From contig OX597818.1 of NCBI GenBank assembly GCA_951406725.2, positions 96,906,001 through 96,970,000 of the forward strand: a stretch of 64,000 nt of DNA, written 5' to 3'. The number at the start of each line of letters is the position of its first letter. Position 1 is the stretch's first letter. The position numbers and the translations under genes were made by a program. Below are positions 1 through 12,400 of this stretch, piece after piece. Under the pieces are notes generated by a model. The model searched no databases, was not told the DNA's origin, and worked only from the letters and a program-made list of their open reading frames with translations. This stretch comes from Octopus vulgaris (taxonomy: Eukaryota).

Positions 1-829
1 TACCCGAGCATAAAAGTTGGGAATTATTTCTAATTGAATGGTACAACAGTGTAACAGTTTGCTTTGACATACACTTACATTGTGATTTCTGCAATGTGGT
101 GCATAAATTGTCAAGTAAATGAGAGGCATATTTGCCTCCACTGATTCAGTTGCAAAGTGTTGAGTAAAGTTATTTGATTGCAGACCTCCTTTCAGTCTTT
201 TTATTATCACTCGGTCACACATAGTCTCCAGATGGTAACATTGATTTCAAGGCCTTCCCAGATAAGTGACTGGTTATTCAAAGACATTTATAGATTTTAA
301 ATTTATTCTGTCCAGTTACGTATCAGTATAGTGGTCATTTGCAAACTCCAGAGGTGACACTTCAATTTATCCTTAGCCCTCACGTCACACAGTTGTTAGT
401 GTTGATTTCAGTTGGGTCACGCCCTTCCAATTGCTATAGATTCGTAATGCATCTTACGGCTGTGCATGTCACCTGGATGGTGAGGAATCCTACATTGGGA
501 GTGGTAACGACTAGGGTAGGGTACCTGACTGCTTATTGTGATCATTCGTCTTTTGGTTTCCTGTAGCTTTGTTCTCTTTTACAAACCCAGTGAACATATA
601 TTTCCTCTTTCAAAGAAATTCAAACAATAGATATAAGACCCGAGTTTAAAATATTTTCAACAATTCAACTTCTCTGGTTGACATTAAGATGCCCACCCCC
701 AACAGGGGACTTAACTCTCACATTTTAGAGCTCCATGACCTTCATTTTTCAGGAGCAAAATCTTTTTAACAGGTTCAGTAAGACTGGAATCTTGGAATAT
801 GCGCATAAAAATCAGTAGTATGAAAATCA

Positions 830-1355
830 AAGTGACACTGGGGTAAAATATACGAAGCACATTATACCCATCATTACTACCCATCTGATAAGGGTACACC
901 AGTCACACGCATCACAACCATATGTGCGCGACAGGGTGATCTCATCAAGATAAACAACGTATGACCTTGCAGTTGGGGCCCAGTTAGAATTTTCTTCAGG
1001 TTGAGTAGCCCATCCCGCTCAAAAGGTCTCTGAATAGGATTGTTCAAGGATGTTGAACGAAACACCCATGTTTTCAAAGTTGAACTATCCAAACCTCTAA
1101 GAATTCCTTTCAACACATGGCTATGATGCTCCCCCACTTCTTCTGCTCGTGATCAGAGGTGCACATATCGTCAGCCACTAAGGCACATGCTCAACTGGTT
1201 AAGGTCAAACAACGGACAAGCAAATCTGTGGTATTGAGCAGAATATTTGCTGTAGCCCATCTTTTATAGCAAGACAAAACAATGTACATGATAACTCTGC
1301 CAATCAGTTAAGATCAGAAGCCATGAGCGCAACTGTCTGGCACTGCATCAGTATA
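830..1355 (-). mobile_element. Interspersed repeat, possibly the UTR end of a non-LTR retroelement
   Basis: Adjoins a (TAA/TGA)n tract at 1357-1378; sequence recalled as a common octopus repeat; no diagnostic ORF. Confidence 0.35.
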
Positions 1356-1378
1356 TTTATTATTATCATTATTATCAT

Positions 1379-1965
1379 GGCGACGAGGTAACAGAATCGT
1401 TAGCACGCCGGGCGGACGAAAAGCTTAGCAACATTTCGTCTGTTTTTATGTTCTAAGTTCAAATTCCGCCTAGAGCGACTTCGCCTTTCATCCTTTCGGG
1501 GTCGATAAATTAAGCACCAGTGAAACACTGCGGTCGATGTAATCGACTTAATCCGTTTGTCTGTCCTTGTTTGTCCCTTCTGTATTTAGCGCCTTGTGGG
1601 TAGTAAAGAAATAGGTATTTCGTCTGCCGTTACGTTCTGAGTTCAAATTCCGCCGAGGTCGACTTTGCCTTTCATCCTTTCGGGGTCGATAAATTAAGTA
1701 CCAGTTACGCACTGGGGTCGTTATAATCGTCTTAATCCGTTTATCTGTCCTTGTTTGTCCTCTCTGTGTTTAGTCCCTTGTGGGCAGTAAAGAAATAGGT
1801 ATTTTGTCCGTCCTTACGTTCTGAGTTTAAATTCCGCCGTGGTCGACTTTGTCTTTCATCCTTTTGAGGTTGATAAAATAAGTACTAGTCAAGCACTGGG
1901 GTCGATGTAATCGACTAACCCCTCCTCCAAAATTTCAGGCCTTATGTCTAAAATAGAAAGGATTA
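1379..1965 (+). mobile_element. tRNA-derived SINE family A with about 184-nt internal tandem units
   Basis: tRNA-like head (A-box-like sequence, B-box GTTCAAATTC); core GCCTTTCATCCTTTCGGGGTCGATAAATTAAGTACCAG repeated three times. Confidence 0.8.
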
Positions 1966-2222
1966 CTATTATTATTATTATACACACTGTGAAGTATATA
2001 TTATACCTATTGTATTATACTTTAGGTTTTCGAAGTGTTCCTGTTTTTGATAAATTGAAGTTTTTTACCGATGTGTGTTTAGTTAACTTAATACTACACC
2101 AGCTAGGCTTCGACATGAAATACTAACGAGATGATAGTCTGGGTTATAATTATCTCCTCAACTTTTAATATAATATAATATGTGTGTGTGTACATATATA
2201 TACATGTAATTATACATGTAGA

Positions 2223-2281
<59 letters not shown>

Positions 2282-2286
2282 TTATA

Positions 2287-2594
2287 GGATAGGAGCACTC
2301 CGTCGGTTACAACGACGAGGGTCGCAGCTGATACGATCAACGGAACAGCCTGCTCATGAAATTAACGTGCAAGTGACTGAGCAATCCACAGACACGCGTA
2401 CCCCTAATGTTGTTCTCAGGGAGATTCAGCGTGACACAGAGTTTGACAAAGCCGGCCCTTTGAAATACAAGTACAACTCATTTTTGCCAGCTGAGTGGAC
2501 TGGAGCAACGTGAAATAAAGGACTCAACGCGTCGCCGGGAATCGAACTCACGACCTTATAATCGTGAACCGAATGCCCTAACCACGCGCCTTCA
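2287..2594 (-). mobile_element. tRNA-derived SINE family C
   Basis: Minus strand head GCGTGGTTAGGGC...GTTCGATTCCCGG; shares TTGCTCCAGTCCACTCAGCTGGCAAAAATGAG with the copy at 62715-62960. Confidence 0.7.
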
Positions 2595-2608
2595 CTATAT
2601 ACATATAA

Positions 2609-2715
<107 letters not shown>

Positions 2716-3293
2716 ATCCTTAAACACTCACACACACGCATATAGGTTTCCGGTAAGACCTTCTTCCCAACCTCCCAGCAATCTTGGAGCCCCTAAACGA
2801 AACTTGACCACTCCCTTCTCACCTGACTAAAAGATTAAAGAAAAAAACTGCATAAACAAGTTTTGCCAGTTTGCAGTGTTTTCTTCAAAGAAAAATTTTG
2901 CAGACGTCTTAGATGTTGGAAATTAGTCTCAACCGGGGATCGAAACCAATGTGAGTAGTAAACATTCTGAAAGTGTATCTCTTGCTTTATGGTTCTCACT
3001 ACAATATAGATCACAATCTTAGCAACAGTGAAATACACAATTTAAGACGAAATCCAGCTGGGGAATATAATGTTTCAGTTATACAACAACTGTACACTAT
3101 AAAGTTACACATTGTTAAGAACAGTCTTCAAAAGAACAATTCTATGATAACAATCTATCCTTTTGCAAAAGTTCTTCGATATATGGTTTTGGCTCTGTAG
3201 ATAATGTCATATGTCATAATTATGATGTATTGTCTAAAAGACCAACACGTGTTATAAACACAGTTATTGCCAACAAAGCATTACTGAAATTGC

Positions 3294-3325
3294 TATAAAA
3301 GGGGAGCATTTCAGATTTCATCAGT
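3294..3325 (+). promoter_or_regulatory. Hemocyanin core promoter: TATA box plus initiator
   Basis: TATAAAAG at 3294-3301 and Inr-like TCAGT at 3321-3325, about 29 nt downstream; ATG at 3367 in GCCATG context. Confidence 0.75.
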
Positions 3326-3366
3326 GTTGCCTTCAGCTGAAGTCTGAACACTGACTTGAAGAAGCC

Positions 3367-3405
3367 ATGATGAAGATTCCTTGTCTCTTTGCGATCGTCT
3401 TCGCC
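3367..3405 (+). CDS. Hc: Hemocyanin exon 1, signal peptide part 1 (MMKIPCLFAIVFA)
   Basis: ATG just downstream of the TATA/Inr; hydrophobic peptide; GTAAGT donor at 3406, phase 0. Confidence 0.88.
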
Positions 3406-6400
3406 GTAAGTTAAACATAATTCTTTAACTTTCTATGTACGTGTCGAAATTATCAACATTTCTTTCTTAATATTTTGCACATTGAAAGCAGCGAGTTGGC
3501 AGAATCGTTAGTACTCTGGGCAAAATGCTTAGCGACATTCTGTCCTTCTTTATGTTCTGAGCTCGAATCACACGGAGGCTTATTTTGCCTTTCATCCTTT
3601 CGGCGTCGATAGAATAAGTACCACTTCAACAATGTGGTCGATGTAACCGACTTAACCGCTCTCCTGAAATTGCTGGCCTTGTGCCAAAATTTGAAACCAG
3701 TATTATTCTACTGTTAGGCCGCGAGCTGGCAGAATCACCACCGTACTTGGCTAAATACTAAGCAGCTTTCTCAAATTTCGTCCGTTTTTACGTTCTGAGT
3801 TCAAATCCCGCACATGTCAACTTTCATCCTTTCCAGGTCGATAAACACCGAGGTCTATCCAATCTACTTGCCACCTCCCCTGAAATTGCTGGCCTTGTGC
3901 CAAAATTTGAAATCAATATTTTGCACACTGAAGGCAGCGAGTTGACAGAATCGTAAGCACGCGGCGAGCTGGCAGAATCGTTAGCACGCCGGGCGAAATG
4001 CTTAGCGGTAATTCCGCTGCCGCTACGTTCTGAGTTCAAATTCCGCCGAGGTCGACTTTGCCTTTCATCCTTTCGGGGTCGATTAAATAAGTACCAGTAA
4101 CGCACTGGGGTCGATATAATCGACTTAATCCGTTTGGCTGTCCTTGTTCGTCCCCTCTGTGTTTAGCTCCTTGTGAGTAGTAAAGAAATAGGTATTTCGC
4201 CTGCAGCTACGTTCTGAGTTTAAATTCTGCCGAGGTCGACATTGCCTTTCATCCTTTCGGGGTCGATAAATTAAGTACCAGTTACGCACTGGGGTCGATG
4301 TAATCGACTTAATCACTTTGTCTGTCCTTGTTTGTCCCCTCTTGTGGGCAATAAAGAAATAAGAATCTTAAGCACGTCGGGCAAAATGATTAGTGGTATT
4401 TCGTCCGCCTTTACATACGGAGTTCAAATTCCACCGAGGTTGACTTTGCTTTTCATGCTTTCGACGTCAATAAAATAAGTTCTAATTGAAAACTGGGGTC
4501 GATATAATCAACTTATCCATGAAATTGCTGCCTTGTGCCAACATTTGAAACTAATACTTTGCACATTGCAGGTCAGCGAATTGGCATAATCTTTAGTGTC
4601 TGATAAAATACCATCGATATTTCTTCTGGTTCTTAACTTTCTGAGTTAAGTCCCAATTAACCTTGCATTTCGTCATTTCGAAATCGATAAAAGAACTGGG
4701 AATGGCTGTACAAACGAAACCCTTCCCTCAAAATTCTGGTGTATTTCCTTTATTAGAAATCATTAAATTGTAAATGCTAGAAATAAGGATTTGCACATTT
4801 CTATTGCTTTGTCTTCTCAATTCATACTTGATGAAATTTTTAAATGTCTTAAATCTAAATATGACCGAAAATATATTTCTATTTTTGTTGTTTATTTTAG
4901 TTCTGGCTTTGCGGACACATCGCAGAAGGTATTAAATATTTCCCTTTTATATATTATAATTGTCATATTGTTATTTGATATGCAAGCAATAAGAAGAGGG
5001 ACCAGTTAGTTTGGCTAAATATTGACATGTAAATTTCTCAAAATATACTACATAAAGAGGTGTTTTGGTCAGTGTGTGTCATGTTTGAATCCGTTAAATC
5101 TAAAACTATGACTGCTATTATAGTAAAGAAAGAAATCACTATTCACTCCGCTAAGCTGACTTTAACATAGATGTTATACTTCATTGCTCACATTTTCGAA
5201 TCACAAATATATCATCGAAGTTCTGATACAAAACTATATCGCTTGGTAACAGTAACGAGCTGCATGTACAGTTATATAAGATATAAGTGCAATGGGACCT
5301 GAATGAAACGCGTCGACCAAAGATTATTTGTTCACTGAGTTATTATTTATTCCACAGAATATCATTCGAGACACAACTAGTAATGAAGAGAAATCTCTAT
5401 TGATATGAACCACACAGGCAGTACTAAATATCTGAAGTTGTCCCAAACTTCTTACGGTCTCGATCTAAGTAAATGTATACATTACAGTGAATTGTTTTGA
5501 TGGAGCACAAAGCAGTTATTGCTCTAATCTTGCTTTGGAAATGATATTTAGATATTTTACAAACAAAAGAAGTACATATATTTTAAACTACGGTGCGTAT
5601 CAGAATAGTTATCAATCATTTGAGATTCATATTAAGGAATTCTTTGAGTTTTTTTTTTTAAGAGTCATAAAAGACAACTACTGTTCTACAGGATAATTCT
5701 ATTTTAGTTCAAATGTAGAACTTATTGCGTGTTTGTAACACAAAAATATGCAAACTTTGACTGACAGAGAAAATAAAAATTACCTCAATGTAAGATTTGC
5801 AGATGAAATTGTATGTAAAGGATATTACTCAAATATATTTACACACGTAAACTCATTTCTGCACTTAACAAATGGCATCATTGAAATCTCATTCGAATTA
5901 TCTGCCATCAGGATTCTGCAGAGTTTAAGATTATGCTGATAACGTTCACTAAGTAATTTATAACTATGTTTAAGGAAGCAGAGACAAAGGTTCTAAATAT
6001 ACCCTAAATTGAGTGAATAATAAATTACAGTGATTATAAAATTCCTTTCTTATATTGCTAAAAGAACAAAAAAAGTGAAAAAACAGGAGGGTTCAGATAT
6101 GTAACTAGATACTTCATTGTATTAGATGTGGCAGTCTACACCTTCAGCCACTTCAACAATATTTAAATAAAAGATAATACTAATTATATTTTTTATTTCT
6201 AACCATTTCAGGTAATTTAATCCGTAAGAGTGTGGAAACACTAACAGAAGATGAAGTTCTCAACCTACAGGTAGCTCTCCGTGCCATGCAGGATGATGCA
6301 TCTCCAACTGGTTACCAAGCCATCGCAGCCTACCATGGTGAGCCAGCTGACTGTAAGGCACCAGATGGAAGTACTGTGGTCTGTTGCTTGCATGGTATGC

Positions 6401-9400
6401 CAACGTTCCCTCTTTGGCATAGATTGTACCTTGTACACTTTGAGCAAGCAATGGCAACTCATGGTTCCACACTTGGTGTTCCTTACTGGGATTGGACTCA
6501 ACCAGTGGATCATCTTCCTGAGCTCGTTAGCCATCCTCTTTTTATGGATCCCTCTTCTCACAAGGCTAAAAAGAACGTCTTCTACTCAGGCGATATCGCA
6601 TTTGAGCAGAAGGTCACTGCTAGAGCCGTTGATACAAGATTGTTCCAATCTTCAAAGGGAGGAAAGAACTTCTTATTAGATGGTATTCTCTTAGCTTTAG
6701 AGCAAGAAGACTATTGCCATTTCGAAGTTCAGTTTGAAGTTGCTCATAATCCAATCCACTATCTCGTTGGTGGTCGCTTTGCACATTCAATGTCTAGTTT
6801 GGAGTATACTTCATACGATCCACTCTTCTTCTTGCATCATTCGAACGTTGAACGTCTGTTTGTTATTTGGCAAGCTCTGCAGAAGCATAGAGGTCTTGAC
6901 GGTAGTGCCAACTGTGGCTTGAACATGTTCCATAAGCCAATGGAACCGTTTGGTCGTGACACCAATCCTATTAGTCTTACTAAAGACCACGCCAAGGCTG
7001 TTGATTTGTTTGACTACAACGAATTAGGATATGATTATGATGATCTTCACCTCAATGGAATGGATATTCCACAGCTAGATACGCTCATGAAAGAACACCA
7101 ACAGCACCCGAGAGCATTTGCTAATTTCAGATTAGGAGGTATCAAGACCTCTGCCAACGTTCGAGTCGCAGTTTGTATTCCAACCGATGACAAAAGACAC
7201 AGCGATAACTGCAACAATCATGTCGGTTCTTTCTTTATTCTTGGTGGTGTACACGAGATGACCTGGAACTTCGGTTATCCCTTCCTCTTTGAGATTACAG
7301 ATGTTGTCAAATCTCTCGGTGTTCCTTTGGATGGCAACTATTACATTCATGCTGATGTTACTGCAATTAATGGCACTCTCTTACCCGATGGCACAATCCC
7401 AAGACCGACTGTCACATATATTCCAGCTCATGACTTTAAAGATGGTAAGTAGAAATCATTTATATATTTAGAGAATTTTGAGAATTCTGTTTATATTGCC
7501 GTATAAACTGAATCTCCAATTACGTTCTAAACATAAAACTGAGTCACCAAATACCCATTGGGTTCATCGTCACACCTTAAAATATTTCCAAACGGGATAT
7601 TCTTCATCATAGATGCAGAATAATTAAAGTAGGATCGTCAGAATAACAACATCCTTTAGAATCACTTGCTTAAATTTCATATTTATTTCATTTACTCCTT
7701 TTCAACAGCTATTCCTTTTTTTAAAAAACTGTCCAGTTTTCTACCAAATTTTGAAATTTATCTTCCTTTGTTTGTAACAATAATTCTGTATTATAAAACA
7801 TGTAAATTTCTCGATTTAATATAAGACGAATACGTTGTAATGGACTTACATGAAAGTGAACCTGTGAAACACCAATTATAGTATGAAAGTAATAGATATG
7901 ATATGATACTTTCTTCAACATATGTTTTTAATTTTTCTTGACAACTTACAAACATTATAAAATGTATGTTTAACTTATATAGCGCTTCTCCCTAGCGTCG
8001 TATTATATTGTATATGCCTTAAATCATTATCAAGAGAGGTCTCTTAAAGTGATGTAATTTCATACACAGACATAACTTCATACGCTGAACGGCCAGAGTA
8101 TTAAAGCCATGTCCTACAAAGTTATATTTATTAATAAAGAACATTTGTCTTTTGCATTCTTCAAAAGTTATCTCTTTGACTTTTTTATAGCTGATATGGC
8201 ACCAGTAGATAAAACTAGTTTAACCGTCCGTAAAGATCTTCGCAGTTTAACGACAGAGGAAGAGCATGAACTGAGAATTGCCATGGAACGTTTCATGGAT
8301 GATAAATCCATTGACGGTTACCAAGCCTTAGCTGAATTCCATGGTCTTCCAGCGAAATGTCCAGAACCTGATGCTATCAACCGTGTTGCATGCTGTGTTC
8401 ATGGAATGTCCACTTTCCCACACTGGCACAGACTTGTTGTCATGCAGTTTGAAGATGCTCTTATTGCTCGTGGATCCCAGATAGGTGTTCCTTATTGGGA
8501 CTGGACGAAACCTAGCTCAGAATTGCCACATCTGGTTGCTGCTGAAACATATGAAGATCCTTACACAAAAGAAGTAAAACCAAATCCCTTCTTCCATGCA
8601 CCAGTCGAGTTTTTGCACAATGATGTCTTTACTAAAAGAAGCGTTGATGCAAGGTTTGTAAATTTCATAATATTTTAGATATTGTATCCTGAAATAGCTT
8701 CATTCAAACATTTAACAATAAACCTTATTTTTCATCCTCTTCCAAAACCTAGTTTAATTAATAATTGGTAATACAGCGTTTCTTCATCAATCACACAGAA
8801 ATCTTTACGATATCTATAACTACAAAGGTAACAGCAGGGGCCACATGACGCTTTCAAGTTAGTAGATGTCTTCGGATAAAACATTGGAAATGTGTTATTG
8901 TTAAGTGTACAAATGTTAGGTTTGAATTTTTAATTTAATTTCTTCATCAATCACACAGAAACCTTTACGGTATCTATAATTACAAAGAATCACATATTTT
9001 CAAGTTTCTAGATGTCTTGCGATAAAGCATTACAATTTTTCCAGTAATATAAAACTCAAATATATGTTACTGAAACTACTTCCCCAAAACTTTTGTGGTA
9101 TCCTTCAAACACTCTAATATATACTTTTCACCCGGGACAGTATCTTTATTACTATTAAATGTATAAATGTTAGATCTGAATTTTAAATTTAATAGAAAAC
9201 TTTAATGTTCCTATCTGTTTACGTCTCAATTCCTCACATTTAATAAATACCGCTGAGAAACGCGCAAAAGATGGCGCTAATTCCTTCTAAATACATGTTA
9301 AACTACTTACCGGTCAGAAATATAAAGCCCTAAATATGTTGTATGAGTTGTATTTTAGTTATTATTCGTATATGAATCTGTATAGATTTCATTACTTTCA

Positions 9401-12400
9401 TATTTATGATCTGTTTTCATTCTAATTGATTAGATTGTTTGAGAAACCAACAAAAGGACATCACGGATATCTCTATGACGGTATGATGTTAGCCTTCGAA
9501 GAAGAAGATTTCTGTGATTTCGAAGTGCAGTTCGAAGTTACCCATAATGCAATTCATGCTTGGGTTGGTGGCAATGAACCTTATTCTATGTCGTCTTTGC
9601 ATTACACGTCATTTGATCCCCTCTTCTGGCTACATCACTCACAAGTTGATAGATTGTGGGCAGTATGGCAAGCATTGCAGATCCATCGTGGAAAACCCTA
9701 CAAACCATACTGCGCTCTTTCAGAGGTCCATCGTCCTTTGAAACCATTTGCCTTTGAACCACCACTGAATAACAACAAACATACATATCGCCACGCAGTA
9801 CCAACAGAGGTTTATGATTATCAGTCAGACCTTCATTACACTTATGATACGCTCTTCTTCGGAGGAATGTCCGTTAGAGAGCTTCAGAGACATATCGAAG
9901 AAGACAAGGCTAAAGATCGTGTGTTCGTTGGCTTCCTTTTGATGGGTATCAAAACATCAGCAAATGTTGACATCACTGTCGATAGTGCAGGTAACACATA
10001 CAATGCTGGATCAATAACAATCCTTGGAGGCAGCAAAGAGATGGAATGGAGATTTGATCGACTTTACAAGTATGAAATTACTGGAGCACTAGCTGAACTT
10101 GGTCTAGATATGCGCGCTGATTATAGCATAACCTTACATATTACCGATATCAATGGAACAGCTCTTCCATCCACCGCAATTCCAGATCCAATTGTGATAT
10201 TCACTCCAGGAAAAAGTAAGTGCTCTGAAATGTCTTCTCATTCTTGATTTATTCATAAAAATATATTCTAAATATCAAACTAGATATAAACTGTATTCAC
10301 CACACTCACTCGTTTTTATTATAATTTGATTTTGTTAATAACATTCTCATTGAAGTTAATTTTAATTTCATAAACATAACAGGTTCAAGAATCTCATGAC
10401 GATTTTGTTTTGGATTTTTTTCAGAGGAATCAGACGTTGTCTTTGACGAATTATATCGTTCCAGACGAGACGTTTCTTCATTGACCCATGCAGATATGAA
10501 TACACTGAGAAAGGCTTTACAAGCTTACGAAGACGATAAAAGTCCCAATGGATATCAGCAAGTAGCTGCTTTCCACGGTTCCACACAATGGTGTCCTAGC
10601 CCTGATGCTGCAGTCAAATACGCTTGCTGTCACCACGGAATGGCAACATTCCCTCATTGGCATAGATTGCTGACAATCAACTTTGAAAACGGTCTGCGAA
10701 GAAATGGTTATCAAAATGGTATTCCTTACTGGGATTGGACTCGCCCGATTTCGGAACTGCCTGCTCTGGTAAAAGAAGAAACATATCTTGATGAAAATGG
10801 GGAAGCTCACCCGAATCCATTCTTTAGTGGCGTTATTGATGAAGCTGGTGCTCAAACCACCCGAGCTCTTAATCCAGAGCTATTTGTTCAACCTCCTTTC
10901 GGAGAATTCACTCCCTTGGCAAATGAAGTTATGTACGCTTTAGAACAAGAAGACTTTTGTTCGTTCGAAGTACAATTCGAAATTGCTCATAATCACATCC
11001 ATGCACTTGTTGGAGGTGGAGAACAGTATTCTATGTCATCACTTGAATACACAGCCTACGATCCTCTTTTCATACTTCACCATTCAAATGTTGATAGAGT
11101 TTGGGCCATTTGGCAAGCTCTGCAAAAGTTCCGAGGACATCGATACAACAGTGCTAACTGTGCTATTGAAACTCTACGTAAACCAATGTCTCCTTTTAGT
11201 CTCACCAGTGACATCAATGTTGATTCAATGACTCGAGAACATTCAGTTCCTTTTGATGTGTTTGATTACAAGAAGAATTTCCATTACGAATATGATGTTC
11301 TTGAATTGAATGGATTATCTATTCCAAAGTTACACAGAGAAATTAACAGACGTCGTATGAAGGGTCGCGTTTTCGCTACTTTCATGCTCGAAGGTATTAA
11401 ACAGTCTGCATTAGTTGAATACTATATCAGGGCTCATGGTGCTACTGATCAGGTGAAAGCTGGAGAATTTTATGTTCTGGGTAGTGCTAACGAAATGCCT
11501 TGGAAATTTGACCGAGTTTACAAAGCTGATATCACGAAGCAGATGAAGGAAGCACATCTACATTATAACGACCAATATCACATCGAATATCACGTGAAAG
11601 ACTTGGCTGGAGCTGAAATAGCCGATGTTAATCTTGAACCTGCAATTGTCTACGAACCAGGTCTTGGTAAGTATCCATTATTAAATGTAGAAGTAAAAAA
11701 AATTAATGATATAAGTTATTTTTCTCGAACGCTTATGTTTTATCATTAATTCCTTATATTAAGAAAATATTAATATAAAATACGAAATACAACAAAAACA
11801 TTTAACTAATTCAGTTAACCAATTTTCTTATTTTCTACAGGTGATTTCGGCGAGGTGGGTGTATGGGTTGAACCTGTAACCAGTGCAAACCGAATTAGAA
11901 AGAATCTCAACAGTCTTAATACCGGCCATATCGAATCACTGAGAAATGCTTTCAAAGATATGAAAAATGATGGTAGATACGAAGAAATTGCCGCATTCCA
12001 CGGATTGCCGGCTCAGTGTCCTAACAAAGATGGTAGTAAAGTATATACATGTTGTATACATGGAATGCCAACTTTTCCACACTGGCATAGATTATATGTT
12101 GCTCTAGTAGAGAACGAATTATTAGCCAGAGGTTCCGGTGTAGCTGTACCTTATTGGGATTGGATACAACCATTTGATCATCTTCCAGCTTTGGTCAATG
12201 AAGCCACTTACTACAATTCAAGAACGCTTCACATCGAACCAAATCCATTCTTTAAAGGAAAGATTTCTTTCTTAAATTCGGAAACCAATCGAGATCCACA
12301 ACCTAAATTATTTGGTAACAAATACCTTTACGAACACACACTTTTCGTCTTGGAACAGACTGACTTCTGTGAGTTTGAAGTCCAGTTTGAAGTACTTCAC

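Noticed and set aside
1-830. Short ORFs at the window start as a host gene or LINE ORF
   Set aside because: No recognisable motif or splice structure; possibly decayed retroelement sequence, but not supportable.
1379-2594. tRNA genes at the A/B-box sequences here and elsewhere
   Set aside because: No complete cloverleaf; each continues into a repeated SINE body.
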